From the NCBI GenBank assembly GCA_013115125.1, contig JABANN010000046.1:62001-102830 (forward strand): DNA of 40,830 bases. The letters are read 5' to 3'. How positions within the stretch are numbered: the stretch's first letter is position 1; each line of letters begins with the position of its first letter. The position numbers and the translations under genes are program-made. Shown here piece by piece: positions 34,128 to 40,830 of this stretch. Under the pieces are notes generated by a model. That model saw nothing but the letters and a program-made list of their open reading frames with translations, ran no database searches and had not been told where the DNA came from. The DNA comes from Perkinsus olseni. Lineage: Eukaryota.

Positions 34128-36738
34128 ATGCTATCGATAAAGTCGGGCAACAGGCAGGCCGAGGAGAGCTCAAATGGGGAAGTGTCGATGTCTATGTTGG
34201 ACTCAGCGCATCATCAGCAGATGTACCAAAGGCAGCTGGTGTTGCCGGGAGATGTGATCAATGCTGAGAAGGGATTCTTGAAGGTAGTAGGGGGGCTGGC
34301 TTGATCGGAAAAGAGGGGCTATGCCTGTGGCTTGGCTAAGGAGGAGCACTGGTAGAGGGGAATAGACTGGGTAGTAATTTAGATGGTGTAGAATTTGGAC
34401 CTGGGGTGCGGTTTCACCACGTCCTGTAGAATCCACGAAAGCGCGTATGGTTGCGTGAGGATCTGAGGTGATTAGCGGGACTCAGCATGCCGTGATTCTA
34501 TCATTAATAACCCACCGTAGCCTCACGGCATCCTCACTAGCTGAGGATTGTGTCTTGTGTGTGGCGTGTGGGAAGATGCAGGATACCCTAGAGAGCTAGT
34601 AGCAGTAGGACGCCTAGCTTGGAAACGTTGAATGTATTATCGTATACCATACATATAGTTTGGAGTGTTCGTACTTGGATGGTTTGTTCGTGGATTGGTG
34701 TTTTGGGAAGTTGCAGTGTGTTCCAGTTCGTCATGCGAGTTGCTGTGACGAGGGTATCTCGGAGATAACGGATGGTTCGCAACTTCTCAACTGACTACTC
34801 AGTGTCTCGGTCTCGATACGTCGAGGGCACCAGCACTGGCATGCCGCGGTTCTCTGCGCGGATTGCGGTTCGATTGTGTAGGGTCGCGGCCTCCTAGTTG
34901 ACCCCGTCGACGGCAAGCTGGTTGCTACTGTCAGAGGGATATTAGAGAGGGTCAATAAGCTGCTTTACATACGTCCTTTGAAAGTACGACCGGGGAGAGG
35001 GCTCGTCGAGGGCGTCGTGGAGGGAAGTCTGATCTCAGAGCCGGTATACAGGGGAGGTCGGTGACGTTATCGTCGGACGAGTCGCTGAGGTGGGCGGAGA
35101 TAGATGGATGCTGGACTATGGCGGGTAAGCCGATGGTCTAAGGATCGATCCCGAGGTAGGGCATTTTGCGTTCAGAGGAGGATCCTTGGCGTCCTTGCCC
35201 ATTGGTGGTGTTAACCTTCCGCAAGGAGAGCAGCGTCGTAGGACTGATACCGACCGGATGAACATGCGTGCCATGTTCACTGAGGGAGATCTTGTCAGCG
35301 CTGAGGTAAGGCTTGCGAAGTTCCGAGGCAACCCCGGGAAGGATCGACTGTTTGCGGAGCTACTCTCGATGTTCGAGGCTCCCGCAGCTTCTCCCATGTT
35401 ATTCGCTGTTACCGTGGGTTGGAGCTTTCCTCTATACGTTGGCCTGTACATGGTATTTTCATCACGTTCCTTCGCACGGGGGGGCGCTGACTGCCACGCC
35501 AATACTATGATTGGGATTTTCGACCTTCTCTTGCAGACGTTGAGACCGCTCTTAGCGTCATCGTTATGGGTCTGACCTCTTTTTCACCCTTCAGATCCAA
35601 AAGGTGGTATCAGACACTGGAGATGTTATTTTGCATACTCGAAGTGCTAAGTACGGCAAACTGTATAATGGCCAGATGGTGCGAGGTAGGAAGGCTCAGC
35701 AGCAGCTGCTGGACCAGTCGAAGGCATGCTTCTCGGTAGTGTCCTCCTCCCTGGTGAGAAGACAGTCTTCCCATATTGTTGAGAATCTCCCTGCACCCTT
35801 CGATCATGTAAGTGGGACGTTTGCACTGTCTCGTTGTAGGGGTGTAGTAGTAGAGCGTAACATAGGTAGATTGGGCTCATTGGGAACTAGATTGAGCGAG
35901 GAGTGGTGGAGACGGTGGTTGTAACTTACTAATGGTATGAGCTTAGCGCGGTTGTGTTGTGTTGACAGCGCTCATTGGTGAAAATTTGATGATGCCTCGG
36001 CTGCTGTCTACTTTTCTGCGTGGACATGGCAACGCCATCCGTGCTGCTCCTCAGTTACAGCTTGTACTTGGCCTGAATGGTTGGATTTGGGTGGGTATGA
36101 GGCCGAAGCAGTCCGGGCATATTCAGTCTATTAACTTCACACAAACAGAGAAGGGGTCAGCTAGTCATCACCACCATTGATGCCTCAACCGAGTGGTCTT
36201 GTTGTAGGTTCCAGGAGGTTGACCAAGCCTCGAGACAGGCCATATCTCTCCTTTGTGCATGCGTACGTTGGGCGATTTCGTTCCGTAAAATTTTGTGATG
36301 AGCGTGTGATTGTCGAGGATATGCGTATCGTAGTGGGAGTGCAGAGGATGGTAATGGAGCTGTAACGTTCAGATTGAGGCTCTGGGCAGCTCCTTCTCCG
36401 AGGTTACAGTAGACTCGATGCTAGCTGTGGTGGACGCCGCCCGACGGAGAGGGCTGGAGGGCAAGGACTTCCTGTAAGGCATCAGAGTGGTTCCATCTGC
36501 GGGGCTGCGCTCAGCGGCGCCACGGTTGCCATCCGGGGTCTCTCTCATGACTCCGATGGGGTATTGATGGGCCGTTTGTGTTTGGGTGTAGCTCAGCCGA
36601 TCCTGGCTGTTGCGGTGGGATGCGTTTCTTTACAGGATTCCGGAAATCGCCCTAGAGTGCGCGAACGAGGCACGCGAAGTCGCGGCGGGAAGGAAGGTTA
36701 CGGAAGACGATGATGAGCAGATGGCTGATGCTTCCTAA
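34128..36738 (+). CDS. RRP4: Exosome complex component RRP4 (EXOSC2), multi-exon
   Basis: LVLPGDVI...GFLK|GRG, ERVNKLLYIRPLK|SRYTGEVGDVIVGRV, VNLPQGEQRRRT, FTEGDLVSAE|IQ, LHTRSAKYGKLYNG, LVLGLNGWIWV. Confidence 0.95.
35132..35167 (+). pseudogene. Degenerate tRNA-like T-arm fragment in RRP4 intron 35125-35175
   Basis: GATGGTC TAAGG ATCGATC CCGAG GTAGGGCA TTTT; splicing joins DYGG|GSLAS. Confidence 0.5.
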
Positions 36739-37548
36739 TGATACTGTCACGCTACGGCAAACGTTTTATCAGCAGGCGGAGCGATGTTGTTGTTATCAAT
36801 AGTTTTCTACAAGGGAAGCCGCTCTCGTATCCGAGCACACATAATTGGCGATAGCCTTGGAAATGCTACCTGATCAAGGCAGCCCCTGCACAAGGTGATT
36901 GTGGCCTAATTACCGTAGCTAGCAGAACGGTGGTGGAAGAACCGTGAGACTGTGTGGGTGAATACGTAAAGGAACCCGCCCTGTTGATAGTCGCGGGAGG
37001 GCACGAAGCTTAAACGAGGTGCAAAGAGGTGCAAACAGGGAAATAGCGCGCCCAGTATTTATGTGGATTCTGAGCTCGAGCGAGCTCACGATTGTGGGAT
37101 AAGTTCGACCTGTATGATGATGATGATACGGGTGGGGGGACTGCCGTACCACATTCTACTCGTCTGTACAACCATCGATGAGGTCAATAAGCCACAACTT
37201 TCGACTGCCACTGCGATTATACAAAGTTAGTCCACCCGTCCGTATCTGGTGTCACCCACCGAAGCTCCGCTGACAGAGGTGAGACCGTCTGCTTTGACGC
37301 ACTCGATCGACCTCGCCCGGCCCGTGTCATTGTGGGCGAGCGGTAACAGATCTCGAGCGGAACAGATCTTCCCATCTTTCAACGGCCCGAAAAGAAATTC
37401 CGGCTAGGGGGCACTTTCGCTAGAAGTTCATCGCCCCTCTTGGCTGCGCGTACCCCGAAATCACGATCCTTGATTGCGATAGCGCGGCCGCTGCGCTGCT
37501 GCTGCTGCTGCTGCTTGATCATAGGGTTCTCGATTCATTCGTAAGGTA

Positions 37549-38134
37549 ATGCGCCTCGTGACCTCCCTCCTCACTGTGGGTACTTCTGTTGCCATCGGTG
37601 TGCAGTCGGGTATTCGCCGCAGCCCTTCCCCCGTGTCACCCTCCAGCCCGATCCCGGTAGCAGCCTAGGAGTGCTGGTGTGGCGGAGGCTGTACTGGTGC
37701 TGTTCAGGCCCATGCGCGCGAAGTTGGTGGGAAGTGTCTCCTGGACCTCGATGATTTGGAGGTCGAGCTTTCTGTCAACAAACTGAACCGCATTGCTACT
37801 AAGTGCATTAGAAAAGGGACGTAGGTGGATCGTGTCTTCGTCCTTACTCTGTTGTACACCACTCTGTTGTTGTAGGGGAAAGTTGGAGGCGAAGATCGAC
37901 ACTTCATATTATGGGGACAACTCCTACACTTGCCAAGAACTCGCTCAAGCCGTCCACGATGCGACGCTTGCAACGGACGAATCTTACTACCAATCACTTC
38001 TTGGAAGCATTGGTGACCAGGGAGGAGAAATTGCTACGGACGACTCAGGACAGGATGGCCAATGGTCATGGCCCGCGGATCGAGCCCGCAGCCCCGCGGT
38101 GCGTGAGGCTCTCAGGATGGCGTTCTGCCAGTGA
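37549..38134 (+). CDS. Small putative secreted hypothetical protein
   Basis: MRLVTSLLTVGTSVAIGVQS leader; exons AHAREVGGKCLLDLDD... and GKLEAKIDTSYYGDNSYTCQELAQ...MAFCQ*. Confidence 0.55.
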
Positions 38135-38464
38135 CCGAATACCACTCTTCCTTCGAATCCCCTTTTTATCACGCTATTACGAGCCTGTTATGCTACATGT
38201 GTATAAGAGTATGTGGATGTTACCAAGAGCTTATTTCAGTGTTGGTCTTCTACCAGGGCGTAACGCGCCCCTGTGTACTCATCATCTTTCCTGCAGTACT
38301 GTCGCGGAGTGTCTTGGCCATTTCTCGCTCCTATTTGGGCCAAATTTACTTGCTCTCGGCTCTCCAACAGATTAGAGGAGAGCACTCCTTCAAGACGACT
38401 TCGTTGTGCTCTGCGGAGTTGAGAGTGGAAATCTCGCGAATCAGGACTGGAGGATTTTCCCACT

Positions 38465-39177
38465 ATGCTCGCTCTGGCAGCCTTGGTGTCCCTCGCTTTG
38501 CTGGAGTCGACCCATGAAGCAGCCGGGCCCATTCGAGCCCTCGAAAGCGGAAACGGGCTCGTCGCGCCGCCGCTCGAGGTAAGTGGCTCAGGTGCGCGTC
38601 TTCCCTGTTGAGTCGCATGTCATATATACCTAGGCAAGTCGCGTCAAGAGAGACTTCGATATCCCGCCTCACGGGCGCGGGTAGGTGAGCTGAGAAAGTG
38701 GACCATCTTAGCATTATTCACGCCAGGTTGAACGGAAGCTGGTGCTTTGTCAATGGTGTGGCAAACGGTGAAGTGACTCAACTGCGTATTCAACAGCTTG
38801 GAACCTCTATGGTTATCAACTCCTACGTCGGTGACCCTCCCTCGTTCTCCCGGTAAGCACTCTTCGTTCTGTGGGATTCATCGTTCTTCCTACCCGTTCG
38901 GCCAAATACGGCCACATCAGAGACCTGGAGAATAAGAGTGTATTCCTTGTTCAGTACTCGGATCATCTTCGGACACTCCCATCGTGCCCAAGACAGTGAC
39001 TGCCACTCCTACCTCGGCAGTATTCACTCACACTGGTATAGAGAGCACGCTTACTACAGGACCGCATGTGCTCAAGCTAAGTTGAGAAGAGGAGCTTTGG
39101 TTGATGTCTTTATTGAGGAGTTCCTGGGAAGACACCAACTGGGAGTACAGTATGTCTACCTACTCCCACTTATGTAG
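38465..39177 (+). CDS. Putative secreted protein, paralog of 39586-40320
   Basis: Signal peptide MLALAALVSLALLES; LNGSWCFVNG, NSYVGDP, DCHSYLGSIHSHWYREHAYYRTA...DVFIEEF. Confidence 0.7.
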
Positions 39178-39585
39178 TGGTGAGTCACTGAGTCACCGCT
39201 ATGGGCTCTACAGTTACAGTGCATGGTTACGGGTGTTTAAGGTGTTGTTGTCATTACGGTGAAGGTGTCGAGTATCACGGGAAGGATCGATCGACGCTCG
39301 TACCTTGTACTTCCTTTATCTGATGAAGTTGCGGTCTAGGCCTTATAGCTCATCTCATCGTCATTCGATTCAGCGTCATCACCGTAGCCCTATCGTAGCG
39401 AGAACGGAGGCAGAGTCGTTCCCCATAAAGGGCGACCAGCCGGAGCAGGGTCTTTCGTCTCTTCGGAACCCCTTCCACTTCCCCGTATCGTGCCTCGCTT
39501 GTTACTCCTCGTCACTGTTTTAGGGCCTCCCGATGATCAGTAGAGGCCCATCCAGTTCTCCGCAGTTGCATCTCAGCCTTCCGTA

Positions 39586-40320
39586 ATGCTCATTCCCGCT
39601 GCTCTCACCTTTGTCGCTCTGCTGAAGGCGGTTTGCGTCGAAGGTCGCTCAAACGGCCCCGCCCACTCTCTTCGCAGTAGTAGTCCGGTGAGGAAGACGC
39701 TCCCTGAGCTGGAGGTGAGCATCGATGGCGGTGAGTCCCTGGGGCAGCGCTCTTCCTGGCAGGACGGGACCATTGGAAACGAAGTTCCCCCGACCCTTCT
39801 CCGAATTTTCGGCAAGTGAGTGAGTGTGGATTCGTGTTGCTGCTGGTTTGTTCCGATCGATTCTCTCAGGAACATCCATGGTCGATGGTGTTCCATCAAG
39901 GGCAACGTGGACGGTGAAAACGCCGGGGTCTACTTGAAGCACCATGACGCTGGTAACAAGCTCTTCAACTTGTACACAGGCGACCCGCTCGCACTTGATG
40001 AGTAAGGCTCAGGGTTCCTGGCAGGAACTTCCTGTATGCCTACCTGAGGTGTCGCTGTCTGTGTCATTATCAGTCAGGGAATTCTGCCAGAGGGGGCCTT
40101 CCCTCATGCTTACGATGACAACTGCCGTGTGTACTACGCCAACATACACTCCGACTGGTACCAGAAAGACGAGAAGTACCGGGCTGCAGTTGACGGTGCA
40201 GCAGCCGACGGGGCGTCCATCGCCGACGTTTTCATTCAAAGATTTTTCGAGAAGTACGGATCACGGATGGATGCTCAGAACCGCGTGGTGAGGAACGCGA
40301 GATGGATAGAAACTCTCTGA
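39586..40320 (+). CDS. Putative secreted protein, paralog of 38465-39177
   Basis: Signal peptide MLIPAALTFVALLKAVCVEG; IHGRWCSIKG, NLYTGDP, NCRVYYANIHSDWYQKDEKYRAA...DVFIQRF. Confidence 0.7.
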
Positions 40321-40830
40321 TGTGTCATCAACTCGCTTCGATCGTTTGTTCGCATGCTGTACTGTTCAAGATGTATCCGTTAGCATTACTCAAGTGACGA
40401 GTTTCAATGATAGGCCAGACTCGAGGCGGACGCTGAGCCGAAGGTGGCAGCTGTGATTGTTCGCTTCACGATAAGGCTTTTAATCTCTCCGAGTTCTACG
40501 ACAATGCTCGTTAAAGCTGTCTCTGTCTTCTCCGCCTTCTTGGGGCCCGCTTTAGTCTCGGCTCGCTTGGCGCGTTCCGCGGCACTTTGGGTTGACGAGG
40601 GCTCACGAGCTCCATTCCTCGAGGTAAGATTCTTGCTGCAGGGGATGATGATCGGCCGAATTGGGTTCATTCTCAGGCCACCAGAATCAAGTCGGGCATT
40701 CCTGATGATCTTGTCGAATTGGCGGGGTAAGGGCGGTGTGGGTGCATGCCAGGGGTGTGTAGTGAACCGCCTTTTCAATGATTGCCTACTGTAATACGTT
40801 ATTGTGGCCGATCTGTCCCCATGGCCTGTA

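Overview
Gene-dense eukaryotic (protist) genomic DNA with many ~40-100 nt GT-AG introns. The style, the RAP-domain gene and the long same-strand gene run suggest an alveolate, probably Perkinsus (inference). The ORF track mostly shows exon fragments, so all gene models were spliced by hand and their ends are approximate. Genes found: an FMR1/FXR-like Agenet-KH RNA-binding protein, a CHK2-like 2xFHA kinase, tRNA-Gly(CCC), a RING-H2/EF-hand protein, a ubiquitin-like protein, MOB1, a flavin amine oxidase ending in PTS1, a classical tyrosine phosphatase, a RAP-domain protein, TMEM184/OST-alpha, FtsJ-like and FkbM methyltransferases, RRP4 and three small secreted proteins. The most striking unexplained signal is about 17 dispersed, mutually divergent tRNA-like fragments centred on the Pol III B-box (GGTTCGANYCC). 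About 15 lie inside spliceosomal introns of unrelated genes, in both orientations, often overlapping splice sites and with broken T-stems. Also notable: a 391-bp inverted-repeat element with 21-bp-period repeats at a divergent strand switch, and a second dispersed motif (CGTCACGCGCCACGAAATT).
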